The notes under the pieces are model-generated. The model was not told the DNA's origin. It saw only the letters and a program-made list of their open reading frames with translations, and ran no database searches. A program made the translations under genes and the position numbers. Of a DNA stretch of 64,000 nucleotides, positions 31,296 to 43,482 are shown one piece after another (positions within the stretch are counted from its first letter, which is position 1; each line of letters opens with the position of its first letter). The DNA comes from Eledone cirrhosa (lineage: Eukaryota), in the NCBI GenBank assembly GCA_964016885.1, contig OZ024743.1:181288001-181352000 (forward strand), written 5' to 3'.

Positions 31296-32089
31296 AAGTG
31301 TAAATATTTATACACCAATCTATACAAACTTTAGCTCAAGCAGATAACTGCAACGCGACCCTCATCGACCGTGAAAATTTGAAGTTTTCGCCCGGAAAGA
31401 CATTTTTCCATATAAAAAATGTTTTATCTCTTATATAATTTTCTTTTAAATTAAAAACTTGTTCAGACTTATTCTTGGTATTAGAAGGATATTGACAATA
31501 AATATAATGGGGAAGGCAACTTGCAAAGCTGGAGACAGAGCGCAGGTACAGGGTAAACAGTTATTTTTCGCTGTGGGAGCAGCAACATTTTAACTTTCGG
31601 AAACTTACCTATTGCTAAGGGCCACTCTAATGTGGTTGACAGCTGAGAGAAATGAGTACTCAGTATTGAGTAATATATATATATATATATATATATATAA
31701 TAGAAAAATAATATATAAAATTATATAACAATATATAAAAAAACATACACACATTCAGATATAAGTAAAATATATATATGTATATATATATACATATATA
31801 TACACAAACATACATATACACGGACGTACACATATAAACGGACATACACATATACACACACACACACACACATAAATAGATATACAGACATATACATACA
31901 CACACTGGCAGTTGCCCAATATCGGTTTGTATTTCTTTTCTTGATTTATTATTTTAAATTGAGTCTGGCAAACCCTATTGTTCATAGTCAGTATTTTTTT
32001 TTCATCCTAGCGAATCTGGTCCCTAACGATTTGAACACATATATATATGTTTATATCTGTGTTTATCTCTCTCTCTTATATTCAATTTT

Positions 32090-32172
32090 ATTACACGGCT
32101 CAGAAAATCCTCTTTCTTTGAGCTATTTCATTGTAAGAGACTATTTTGAGTTTCTAACTCAATATACACCTT

Positions 32173-32232
<60 letters not shown>

Positions 32233-32311
32233 AAGGTGTATATTGAGTTAGAAACTCAAAATAGTCTCTTACAATGAAATAGCTCAAAGAAGGAGGATTT
32301 TCTGAGCCGTG

Positions 32312-32314
<3 letters not shown>
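32090..32314. repeat. ~225-bp near-perfect palindrome centred on (AT)n
   Basis: TTACACGGCTCAGAAAATCCTC...CACCTTTG(AT)nCAAAGGTG...GAGGATTTTCTGAGCCGTGTAA. Confidence 0.9.
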
Positions 32315-32359
<45 letters not shown>

Positions 32360-32569
32360 CATATATATACATATAAACATATCCATATACACGTATATAC
32401 ACACATATAAAAATAAAATAAAATAAAAATATAGATAAGCGGTCGGACCAAATGATACAAAAACGTCACACACATAAAGATAAACTTATACATAAATACA
32501 ATCACATACGCAAAATTACATATAGATACATGCGTGTGTGTGTCCAGTGAAAAACAAGTACATAAATAC

Positions 32570-33012
32570 AAGGAGAAAGGGAGAGTAAGGAGAAAAGGAC
32601 AGCAAGGAGAGCAACGAGAAGAGAAGAGCAAGGAGAGCAAGAGTAAAAGGAGAGCAATGAGAAAAGGAGAGCAAGGAGGGCAAGGAGAACAATGAGAAAG
32701 GGATTTCAATGAGAAAGGGAGAGCAAGGAGAGCAGTGAAAAAAGGAGAGCAATGAGAGCAGGAGAAAAGGAGAGCAATGAGAGGCAGGAGAAAAGGACAG
32801 CAAAGACAGCAATGAGAAAAGATGAGCAAGGAAAGCAAGGAGAGCAAGGAGAGCAATGAAAAAAGAAAAGGAAAGAAATGAGAGGCAGGAGAAAAGGACA
32901 GCAAGGAGAGCAATGAAAAAAGGAGAACAAGGAGAACAATGAGAAAAGGAGTTCAAGGAGAAAGGGAGAGCAAGAAGAGGAAGGAGAAAGGGAGAGCAAG
33001 GTGAGCAAGGAT
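32570..33012. repeat. Purine-rich minisatellite, ~9-bp unit AAGGAGAGC
   Basis: Direct degenerate tandem repetition. Confidence 0.85.
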
Positions 33013-33039
33013 AAAAGGAAACTCTTTCTCTGTATCTTT

Positions 33040-33566
33040 ACCCTCTCTAACAGTCACTCTCTCTGTTAGCCTCTTCCTCACCCTTCACTCACTCACTCTC
33101 TGTTACTACCTCTCCTCCTCCTCCTTCTTCCCGTTTGACCTGTGCGTAATTCTTTTCTTTCGCACGCTTGGTCAGGCTGGTTCGCCTTTTTTCTCTCTCT
33201 CGTCTACGATTTCACAGAACTTATGTTCACCGAATTCACAGACTAGACCCCTTCTTCCTCCCCTTAGACCTGTACGGAAGTCCTTCCTTGCTCACATTCC
33301 AACCAGGTTTGATGGTCTTTATTCTCTCTCGTTCACGATTTCACCGAACTTATATTCATGGAAATTTAGGACTTGACTCGTTCTTCCTTACTTTTCGTTG
33401 CTTCACCATCTCTGTTTGTTTACACTCTCGCTGTCTCCTTTATTTACGTGTCCCAACGACTTTTTTTAGCCGTTGCTCGCACCAACCGGAGGTATATGGT
33501 CTTTAAAGCAAAGAAATACCTGTGATGGTTGGAAGATCACTGATGAAGAACCACTTTATTCATATG
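33040..33566. mobile_element. Family E repeat, opposite orientation to 11832-12755
   Basis: Reverse complement match, e.g. GATTTCACAGAACTTATGTTCA and CGTGTCCCAACGAC..AGCCGTTGCTCGCACCAACCGG. Confidence 0.75.
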
Positions 33567-33587
33567 TAATATATATATATATATATA

Positions 33588-33920
33588 GGAGATAAATAAA
33601 TTGGGTATAATACCAGTTTCTTACCGAATGCGAAGAAGCTCGATATATTAACCCCTTCGGAAAGGGCACAGAGCATAATTTTTTTAATTATATATATACA
33701 GTGGTGGTGGAACGGGCAGGCGGGCATGTTCCCCTCCAAATAATTATATTTTCTCCCCAAACTACCAAAACACACGTCTATTTGGATATGCGCTACAATT
33801 TATGTACATGTTATGTTTATCGCATATCGAAGTTTTCTGACCATTTTAGTGTGCAAAGAACTAAACTAATCACTACAACTAAATTTTCCAAATTTGCCCC
33901 ACCAATTTAGAAATGCTTTA
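33588..33920. mobile_element. MITE-like dispersed repeat; inverse copy at 53817-54160
   Basis: CTATTTGGATATGCGCTACAATTTATGTACATGTTATGTTTATCGCATATCGAAGTTTTCTGACCATTTTAG matches the reverse complement of 53895-53970; CAGTGGTGGTGGA terminus. Confidence 0.65.
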
Positions 33921-34129
33921 TATATTCAAAATCCCAACCCAAAATCCTGGTTACGCTGGTATACATAAATATATATACACACACAAAACTATATATTCAC
34001 TCACAATTTAAACTACTGAATATATATAAACATACGAATGCACAAGCAAACCCACTGAGTATGCTCACATACATCAATATACACACTCACACAAAAGTAT
34101 ATATTCATAGACATTATTAAAACTATTGA

Positions 34130-34189
<60 letters not shown>

Positions 34190-34206
34190 ATATATATATA
34201 TATATT

Positions 34207-34662
34207 ATAATTGTTTCTACTTTTGGCACAAGGCCAGCAATAACCCAGTGCATTACTGGTACTTTATTTTATCTACCCCGTAAGGATGAAAGGCAAAGTT
34301 CACCTTGGCGGGATTATAATGATAAGGAACAAGGATTCAGTGTTTATTCAAACAGAATGGGAGACGAGCTCATATACCAAACATATCTGACGAACTTTCG
34401 ATTACAGAGTCAGGTTCGATCTATAATAGGTCTTGCCTCGAGCTGATCTAGAGAAACATTTGTAATATGTTATTAAATATGTTATGATGCAACACTGAAT
34501 CCTTGTTCCGTATCATTGACGCATAGAGTTACGCCCCTTGCCATTCTGACTTCAAATCCCGCCGAGGTTAACTTTGCCTTTCATCCTTACGGGGTCGATA
34601 AAATAAAGTACCAGTAATGCACTGGGTAATTGCTGGCCTTGTGCCAAAAGTAGAAACAATTA
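34207..34662. mobile_element. Two SINE halves in inverted orientation enclosing a small IR-flanked hammerhead cassette
   Basis: SINE (-) 34207-34315, SINE (+) 34518-34662; inner IR 34321-34344 / 34491-34514. Confidence 0.8.
34380..34471 (+). ncRNA. Type-I hammerhead motif with long stem-II insertion
   Basis: AACATAT-CTGACGA-(59 nt, imperfect TTTCGATT/GATCTAGA stem)-GAAA-CATTTG-TA-ATATGTT; perfect 7-bp stem I, GUA triplet. Confidence 0.65.
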
Positions 34663-34756
34663 TAATATTATAATCTGCTCTGCGCGAGCATCGAGTGCTC
34701 AACCGGCATACCGCCTACGGACGCATTTATCTTGCAGCCTTACAACTATATATATA

Positions 34757-35390
34757 CTATCCGATTTACCCGCGCCTTGCCGCGTTTCACACATTTTCTT
34801 TCTTTTTTTTTTGTAAGAAAATGATAATTGATTTTAAATCAGTGATATAATTTAGGGAGAAAAACTCTGCATTTCAATATTACTCAATGTAAAATGTAAT
34901 GCATGAAAAATTGGAAAACATTATTTTTGCAATATACTAATCAAAATTACATTATTAAATCTTATTCTTATTTTGTTTCTTGTAAATAATTTTTTTGAAA
35001 ATATCAATTCAAAATTTTTGTGAATAGGCTTTAAATTTCATATAAATCGAAGGGAAAACATTTTCAGCGGGGGTTTGTGTCTCCGGGAACCCTAATAGGG
35101 GGTTTAACCCCCATTAGGGTGTCTTAATATTATTGAAATTTGCTAAAGTTTTGTGAATAAGCATCATATCTTATCATTTAACTATGGTTTAAATTTCATA
35201 TAAATCGAAAGGAAAAAATTTTCAGTGGGGGGTTTGTGCCCCCGGGGAACCTTTTGTTTAAAATTAAATATACTTATCCAAATACCCTGGGCAATGTAGT
35301 TTCAGAATATATATGGTTATGGGGGTCTATCTCCAAAACCATAGGAGTTCGTGAACAAACAAACAAAAAGACAGGAATACAACTTTATAA
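34757..35390 (-). mobile_element. Probable non-autonomous Helitron, diverged
   Basis: Minus strand ends CGCGGCAAGGCGCG hairpin ...GGATAG|T (CTAG-like); far end ..GAACAAACAAACAAAAAGACAGG..CTTTATA resembles the other Helitron 5' regions; internal ~170-bp duplication. Confidence 0.5.
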
Positions 35391-35594
35391 ACACAATTAA
35401 AACTATCTAATATATATACAAAAGCACAGCCAAATCCACTGAATAGGCTCGTATACATAAATATATATATTTGTGTGTGTGTTTGTGTGAGTGTGAGTGT
35501 GTGTACAAAAGCATAACCAAAACCATTAAATACGTTCGCATACATAAATAAATACAGATGTATATGTATATATATATATATGTATATTTATATG

Positions 35595-35629
<35 letters not shown>

Positions 35630-36117
35630 ATGCATATACACACACATTCACAAAAGTACATTATAAACACACACACACACACACAAAAGTACATATTCAT
35701 AGACACTCAACCAAAACAATATTTTTAAAATAAAACAGAATAGTTGAAAGCTAAAATAATAAACAGAAGTATTCATTGAAAAATCTAGAAAGATATCAAT
35801 GGTATAAAAGAGAGGAAATAACAATAGAGACACATCTAAATATTCAGAGAACTTTAAATAACTTTCACACAATTTTCACAGACTATTACGTGTTATAAAA
35901 TATTACAATTGGCGGCAAGTTTTATTCATTCACTAACAAAATGGTTTTAAAAACAATTAAAAACAAAAACCGAAACGTGCCGTCTTGAGCTTGTTAAGCC
36001 TTTCGTTGCCATATTTCTAATGAAATACACTGCCTGTGGTTTTTAAATTATTTTTAAATAATCAAGAATTTAGAGGGATTTTGTAATGTATTTCACACCC
36101 TCATTATTATGCTAACG

Positions 36118-36302
36118 GCGGTGGATTGGCAGTATCGGTAGAGGGTCGGGCGCCATGCTTTGAAGCATAGAGTTACCTCCCTTTACGATCTGAGTTCAAA
36201 TCCCGCCGAGGTTAACTTTGCCTTTCATCCTTACGGGGTCGATAAAATAAAGTACCAGTAATACACTGGGTAATTGCTGGCCTTGTGCCTAAAGTAGAAA
36301 CA
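36118..36302 (+). mobile_element. Full-length tRNA-derived SINE with 15-bp TSD
   Basis: A-box-like TGGCAGTATCGG, B-box GAGTTCAAATCCC, Meta-like domain; TSD ATTATTATGCTAACG at 36103-36117 and 36303-36317. Confidence 0.92.
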
Positions 36303-36384
36303 ATTATTATGCTAACGTTTAATAATGAGGAAGTGAATTACATTACAAAATCCCTCTAAATTCTTGATTATTTAAAAAAGGATT

Positions 36385-36537
36385 TGTGGAGTGGCAGTAT
36401 CAGTAGAGCATCAGACACAATACTTTGCAGCATAGAGTTATGGCCTTTTACGTTCTGAGTTCAAGTCCTGCCGAGGTTAAAGTAAAAATAAAGTAGCAGT
36501 AATGCAATGGGGGATTGTGCCGTAGAAACAATTATTA
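36385..36537 (+). mobile_element. Internally deleted SINE copy
   Basis: GTGGCAGTATCAGTAGAG..CTGAGTTCAAGTCCTGCCGAGG..AGAAACAATTATTA. Confidence 0.75.
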
Positions 36538-36584
36538 TGTTGACGTTTGGAACATAATTTAACAAATGTTCTTAATGAATATTA

Positions 36585-36770
36585 TAATTGTTTCTACTTT
36601 AGGCACAAGGCCAGCAAATACCCAGTGCATTACTGGTACTTTATTTTATCGACCCTGTAAGGATGAAAGGCAAAGTTAACCTCGGCGGGGATTTGAACTC
36701 AGACCGTAATAGGACGTAACTATGCTAGAAAGCATGACGTCAGCCCTCTACCGATACTGCCAAATCGCCA
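36585..36770 (-). mobile_element. Full-length SINE, inverted relative to 36118-36302
   Basis: Reverse complement of the family consensus. Confidence 0.88.
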
Positions 36771-37369
36771 ATGGACTGTTTTTAGATGAATATATACACT
36801 TTTAAACAGATAATAATAGTAATAATGAAAATTATTGTCAGGTGCATGTAGAGTGTATAGAATATTGTACAAAAGTCATGAAAGTGAACAGTGTATCAGT
36901 TATAATATACACACAAAAATACACACACATGCGTGCGTGTGTATGGAGGGGGAATATCAGGTGTACTGTTGGCTAATTTTGGGAAGCATGGAAGTTTTGA
37001 AGGATGCAGTGTCCTAGCAGCTAACAACTGATGCAGGTAGTTTGTTCCATGCTTCAGCAACTCTGAGCGTAAAAAAATGTTTCTGAAAGCTGTACAGTTT
37101 TCTGATTTTGTAAGCATGAATATATACACTTATAAACTAGACAGTTTTGTATCGTAGAACCAGGGCCACTTTCAGGCGGTTTGGTATAAAAAGGATTGAG
37201 TCAGAATATTCTAAACGTATAAAATGAAAACGAGAATCTTGATTTTCATAGTTTACATCGAACTTAGAACTCCTTATAACAAACACTGGAAAACCAGTTA
37301 GAGTCCAGGCAACTATAATAGAGCGCGAAAACAAAATATCCCTCTATTTATACCCTTTCATCTTCTAGT

Positions 37370-37626
37370 CTAAAGTCTTTCTCAAGCCTGGAGGCTCAGT
37401 AGGTCGGTGCATATCCTGGCTTTCTTGGCGTTAAGCGACTAAGAGAACAAGACTTCTCCCTGAAGGGTTCAACTTTCAGCTACTGCTGGTACTCATTTTC
37501 AGCTGGATGTACTGGAGTAATGCGAAAAGAAGTGTTTTGCTCGAGAATACAACACACAACCCACTCCAGGAATCGAACCCACAACTTTATGATCAGAAGT
37601 CTAACACCCTAACCACTAGGCCACGT
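37370..37626 (-). mobile_element. Second tRNA-derived SINE family (CORE-like domain)
   Basis: Minus strand GTGGCCTAGTGGTTAGGG (A box)..GGTTCGATTCC (B box)..GAGCAAAACACTT..CAGCTGAAAATGAGTACCAG; relatives at 38120-38253, 42555-42800, 46020-46113, 47030-47400 and 55640-55980. Confidence 0.75.
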
Positions 37627-38119
37627 ACTCAAGAGAAGGGACAAATTGAATTATTTAATTCTACATAAGAACAGGGTGGTCGTGGCTGGAATGCTTTTGA
37701 CCATAAGTTTACTGAGTCATGGCTTACAAAGGACTAAACCCAGCAACAAACAGTAAGGGTAATTTGCATGTTATAGATAAATTATTGGTTAAGCAGTAAA
37801 GAGACGGACATTGCCATCATGTTAGAATGTGTAACGTTAGAAATAGCAAATCTATCAATATTTTTCACGTTTATCACAGAAATCTACACATCTTTAAATG
37901 ATAATTAATTTTCAGGCTAAAGTATGAAAAAAGAACACCGGACAGACTGACAGTCCCGTCTCCTCAGTCAACCTCTGGAAATCACTACGGTTTCGGTTAA
38001 TTAAGATCCGTACCGTTCATTCCAGTGCATATATATATATATATCGACAGTCGATCGACTTTCGTCAAATAGGACCGAGGAAACAATGTTTCCGTTGGTC
38101 TTTCCAGTTGCTAATACTA

Positions 38120-38253
38120 TCTATCGGTCGCAACTCCAGGTAGAAAGAACAACGTGAAATAAAGTGTCTTGCTCAAGGACATAACACATCGCCCGGTCAG
38201 GAATTGAACTCACAACCTCACGATTGTGAATCCAATTCTCTAACCACTCGGCC
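38120..38253 (-). mobile_element. CORE-like SINE 5' part
   Basis: TGGCCGAGTGGTTAGAG..GAGTTCAATTCC..GTCCTTGAGCAAGACACTTTATTTCACG on minus strand. Confidence 0.75.
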
Positions 38254-38474
38254 ATATATATATATATATATTGACAGAGACAGAGAGAGAGAGAGAGATG
38301 TGTGTGTACGTATATATTTTTGTATATGGTTGTGTAATTCATAGAGAGGTTACATGGATGTTTATTTACATGATTCATTATAGAACCCCTGTCACACACG
38401 CGCCTGTGCGCACACTCACATACTCACACATATACACTCACATACACACATATATATATATAATCATATATAAG

Positions 38475-38518
<44 letters not shown>

Positions 38519-38644
38519 AAGTTATATTTAAAATTGTTGGGTTACAACTAGTAAATATTTATAACTGATATAAAAGCACTCGACAAATATTTGGAGTATA
38601 TTTACAATATTAAATAAATGGAAAACTATATTTATAAAACCATA

Positions 38645-38685
<41 letters not shown>

Positions 38686-38728
38686 AAAGAAATCAAAGAA
38701 CGCCTACATACTCATACAATTTTTATTT

Positions 38729-38773
38729 GCTGACAATGTTTCATCCATGCCATGGGGCAGGAATCATCAGAGC
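38729..38773 (-). ncRNA. Minimal type-I hammerhead (inverted-arm copy)
   Basis: Minus strand GCT-CTGATGA-TTCCTGCCCCATGGCATGGAT-GAAA-CATTG-TC-AGC. Confidence 0.72.
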
Positions 38774-40555
38774 TTTATAAACAAAACTACAGTGCTGAGT
38801 ATAAGCTCTACCAAGCTTAGTCTAATGAACATTAGAAATACAATAGAGGGTAACAAGAGGGAGATCGGAAATGGCGAGTATGGAGAGAGTGCATAGTGGG
38901 GTTGTTATTCAGCACTACAGCTATATGTTTGGGTACAGGCAGATTTTTTACCGTAGAACCTATATTTTATACTATCTGTTTGAACCCGACCCGTTTGAAC
39001 ACTCCCCCATAATAGAATTAGTAAAGCTATCCTTGGGCTTATTGACATATCAGAAGGTAACCGCGATTCAATAGTCTTTAGTATGACACACTTGACTATT
39101 CTTGAGGTCCAATAATAATTAATAGTAATATAGTTTTTATTTGTACGAATCTTGTTGAATTAGTATGATTATTCTGATGGTAATTACATTTTTGGTGGCA
39201 GTTCGAATTAAATAGCCTTATATTTGACACGTTAGAGTAATCCCCCTTTCTATACCACTGTAACGTCATTACTTGGTGACTGAAGGGAGTAACACCCCGT
39301 ATGTACCTTCTACGTCATGAATTGATATGTATATACCCATAGCGGTGACGGTGTGTATATACCCATAGCGGTGACGAACGAAGTAGCGTGTGTTTATTTT
39401 TTATGGAGCCGAATTCCTAAATTTCCGCGGAGTATGTAAGCTGTCTTATATAATTTTTGTATGCCTTTTTGGGTATGACCCCACCTAATAGACATACTGG
39501 GGTACCTGGTGGATTTACTGATTTGAGCACTTTGTGTTATTTTCTGTTTTGTATAGATTGTTAATCCACGTGCTGTATGCGTTTGGTCAACGGTGAACTA
39601 CTGCTGCAATTAACCTGGCATTTGGATTAGGTGTGACGATTTTTGGTTGTACAGAATCTGGAGCTGCAACTTGGACACATTGTACTTCACGGTCTGGGAT
39701 TTTATACACGTGGAGATTTTTTGATGTGTAAATTCAGCCTGTAATACATGTTACTATATGTGATGATATGTTTTGGTGAGCGTATGAATCCGACTGGATT
39801 GCACTTTACGGACGATCTACATATGTTATAAACTCTGGACCGAATTACTATCTACGGACAATCCAATATCTTTATAACTCCTAGAAAATCGGGGCATATG
39901 AAACCGATTGGACTAACCTCTACGGTAGATATGCATATGTAGTGACTCCTCACCAGATGTGTGTTTTTTACAGGAACTAAACCATTTTTGTTATGTATTT
40001 TTGCTTCAGCTTGATCATGCAATAACCCCGCTTTGCTTGTGTTTGGCTTGTATTGATGTGGTGCCTGTCTATATACAGGTTTAGCACCCATGGTCCACGT
40101 AATTCCGTAACCTACTAGTATACCTTGATTATGTATACTATGGGGAGGAATAAAATCCCCTTTGGACTTTCTGAAGTTATGGAGAATTAAATCACCTGTT
40201 ATATATAGTGACCAACGCATAGCTTCCTCTGGTTTTTTGCGTGCTTTAAATTTTTTCCTTTTTTAATTTTTTTTATCTCTTTATATTATTATTTTCCTTT
40301 TACTTTATTATTATATGTTTTAACTATTGCTTATACTTTTTGCTTTTGTGTGCCCCTCACGTGCTTCCGCATCTTGTGAAAAAAATCTGCCTGTACCCAA
40401 GCATATAGCTGTAGTGCTGAATAACAACCCCACTATACACTCTCTCGATACTCGCCATTTCTTATCTCCCTCTTGTTACCTTCTATTGTATTTCTAATGT
40501 TCATGTGACTAAGCTTGGTAGAGCTTATACTCAGCACTGTATTTTTGTTTATAAA

Positions 40556-40600
40556 GCTCTGATGATTCCTGCCCCATGGTATGGATGAAACATTGTCAGC
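40556..40600 (+). ncRNA. Minimal type-I hammerhead
   Basis: GCT-CTGATGA-TTCCTGCCCCATGGTATGGAT-GAAA-CATTG-TC-AGC, followed by AAATAAAA. Confidence 0.72.
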
Positions 40601-40764
40601 AAATAAAAATTGTATGAGTATGTAGGCGTTTTTTTATTTCTTTTACATATAACGGCTCTGTTCTCGTACATTGAGCTTATACAATACTGTCACAAATACG
40701 ACACGGTAAAGGTGCGTTTGTGCACATACGCTCCGTGGTCTACGTAAATATATATATATATATA

Positions 40765-40964
40765 TAGGAAAATATTCAAGAACCCGACGGCAGAGCTCAA
40801 GCCGTTTCGACGGCTATTTCTGGACTCCAGAAATAGCCGTCGAAACGGCGTGAACTCTGCCGTCGGGGTCTTCAACATTTTCCTATTACCCACTCTACTA
40901 CCCTAAGTATCGAGTACTCTGATGCGTTATGGTCCACATGGTATCTTACCACATTTCCTTCGTT
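40765..40964 (+). mobile_element. Family D palindromic element
   Basis: IR ~40781-40870 centred on TCTGGA-C-TCCAGA, plus the same tail as 29662-29757. Confidence 0.75.
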
Positions 40965-40969
40965 ATATA

Positions 40970-41099
40970 TATATATATATATCCAAAATTAAAATTAAGG
41001 GTTGTCATGTCTGAGAGACATGCACCATATCCACTGTAGAATAAGCTCAAAGATTCCAATGAATAGATCTGAGCATTACATATCAACTAGAAATAGATT

Positions 41100-41152
<53 letters not shown>

Positions 41153-41991
41153 AACATATGAAACAATCACAGGGAATAATTTGTAAAGAATGTAAGCACA
41201 CATAGCTAGGTAGGTAACTAATTAAAGTTTAACTAGAACTTCAACTATAGAAACCTTTTAAAATGATTAATCTCTTTTGTATATATTTCTTTAAGTAAGA
41301 AATATATTTCACCAATTAATCCGTAAATCACAGCAGTCAAATTCTTGGATGTTCACCAAAGGAGAAGAAGATAACTATCTGCGTTTACAAAGCAAATGCA
41401 AATCTGCAAATGACTCGAACCACGTGTTGCATTTTTTTAAAAATACACACATAGCACAACGTCATCCCAGTGGCGTGAATAGGACCATCGACAGCCAGAA
41501 ATAGCAGCCGAGTCTATTCAACTGAATTAGCTCAACAATCAATATATCCGTATATATATCCAAAATTAAATTAAGGGTTGTCATGTCTGAGAGACATGCG
41601 CCATATCCACTGTAGAATAAGCTCAAAGATTCCAATGAATAGATCTGAGCATTACATATCAACTAGAAATAGATTGACATATATATATATAAAATAAATA
41701 CATGAAACAATCACAGGGAATAATGTGTAAAGAATGTAGGCACACATAGCTAGGTAGGTGTACTAATTAAAGTTTGACTAGAACTTCAAAACCTTTTAAA
41801 ATATAGATACCTTTTAAGAAATATATACAAAGGAGATTAATCATTTTAAAAGGTATCTATAGTTGAAGTTCTAGTTAAACTTTAATTAGTTACCTACCTA
41901 GCTATGTGTGCTTACATTCTTTACAAATTATTCCCTGTGATTGTTTCATATGTTTATTTTATATATATATATATGTTAATCTATTTCTAAT

Positions 41992-41995
<4 letters not shown>
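40970..41995. repeat. Non-coding unit in partial tandem (period ~577 bp) followed by an inverted copy
   Basis: ATCCAAAATTAAA..GGGTTGTCATGTCTGAG at 40981 and 41558; 41815-41995 is the reverse complement of ~41085-41295. Confidence 0.8.
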
Positions 41996-42038
<43 letters not shown>

Positions 42039-42554
42039 AAATTCAGTAAACCCGAAGAAAACTGGTGAGAGAACCAAAGTCAGCACTCGATGCGGAGCAG
42101 AGTGTATTTAATAAGAACAAAGTAGAGATGTTACATATGAGATTTATTGCTTAATCCTGGTTACAAATGTTTAACAAGCAGCTGACTCATGGTCTGGGAT
42201 AGAACCCCCAGACCAGACTCCAAGACTGCCTGATCCTCAAATCTGTGGACGAACCAGCAAAAACACAAACAAGCATATATTATGACCAAACATGGGCCTA
42301 GAATTCAACGGACGCATATATCTCGAATGTTACAAGAAAAAAACCGTTAAACAAAAACAAAATTAACGGATATGAATAAAGAAATATAACCACGTATTCA
42401 CGATCAGACACATACATACACACATGCATAAAATGCCTACGCACACACACTCTCTCACACGTAAAATTCGTACAAGTACCTACATATACATACACACATC
42501 CTCACACACATATCCATATATACACACATGCACACATATACATATATGTATCTA

Positions 42555-42800
42555 AAAGTCTAAAGTCTGACTTAAGCCAGAAGGCTCAAGTGGCCGGTGC
42601 TTATCCCGGTGTCATGGCGTGTTAAACCATCGCAGGGTTAAACCGCCAACTATTACTGGTACTCATTTTCAGCTGAGTAAACTGGAGCAACGTGAAATAA
42701 AGTGTCTTGCTCAAGGAAGCAACACATCACCCGGTCTGAGAATTGAACTCACAACCTTTCGATTGCAAGCCCAATGCTCTAACCACTATGCCAGGTGCCT
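42555..42800 (-). mobile_element. CORE-like tRNA SINE
   Basis: Homologous to 37370-37626, with (AAAGTCT) tail. Confidence 0.75.
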
Positions 42801-43076
42801 TCACTATACATATATGTGTATATATATATATGTATATATACACACACACATATCTATATATATATATATACACACACACACACCCATACATATATACATA
42901 TACACATATATATATATATACATATATACACATATACATACATATATACATATATACACATATACATACATATATACATATATATACATCTCCACTTTGT
43001 TCTTATATATTATATATAATTATATATATATATATATATATACATATAATATGTATATTTATATATGTGTGCGCGC

Positions 43077-43173
<97 letters not shown>

Positions 43174-43482
43174 CGTATGTCTATAATTACTTAGGTGCGA
43201 ATTCGTATTATGTTATATTATAGTATCCAACCCAGTTTTAGTTGGGTTTCAAGAGACTAGTAATTAAACAACAAATAAACTAATTGAACGCCTAAATGTT
43301 ACAAAGACAATAATTAATTAAAACAAATGAATTACACATAATATGTATTATGTGAATGGAATGCAACCAGGTAGTAGAATAGATGAACATAGGAAAGAGG
43401 TCATTGACAAGTGTAAGTTTAGCAATTTTGCCAACCGAAATATTTGGTATGTGGTTTCTCATCTTATCATTTGCACGCATAA

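Larger units (their letters stand above)
38682..40748 (+). mobile_element. Family A element (~2.07 kb): inverted 268-bp copy of the 3' region + non-coding body + 3' region + tail
   Basis: 38682-38949 is the reverse complement of 40381-40648; 39720-40748 is homologous to 15310-16481; (TA)n on both sides. Confidence 0.8.

Noticed and set aside
36118-36210. tRNA gene
   Set aside because: A/B boxes are present but continue into a repeated SINE body with TSD; these are SINE heads, not tRNAs.
38044-38110. Hammerhead on minus strand (GAAA-GTCGATCGAC-T)
   Set aside because: 5' core reads CTGGAAA and the cleavage position is G; too degenerate to call.
39852-40220. 122-aa ORF inside the family A element as a possible transposase or endonuclease
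   Set aside because: No GIY-YIG, RT or DDE motif; non-ATG start; no equivalent ORF in the homologous 14567-16481 copy.
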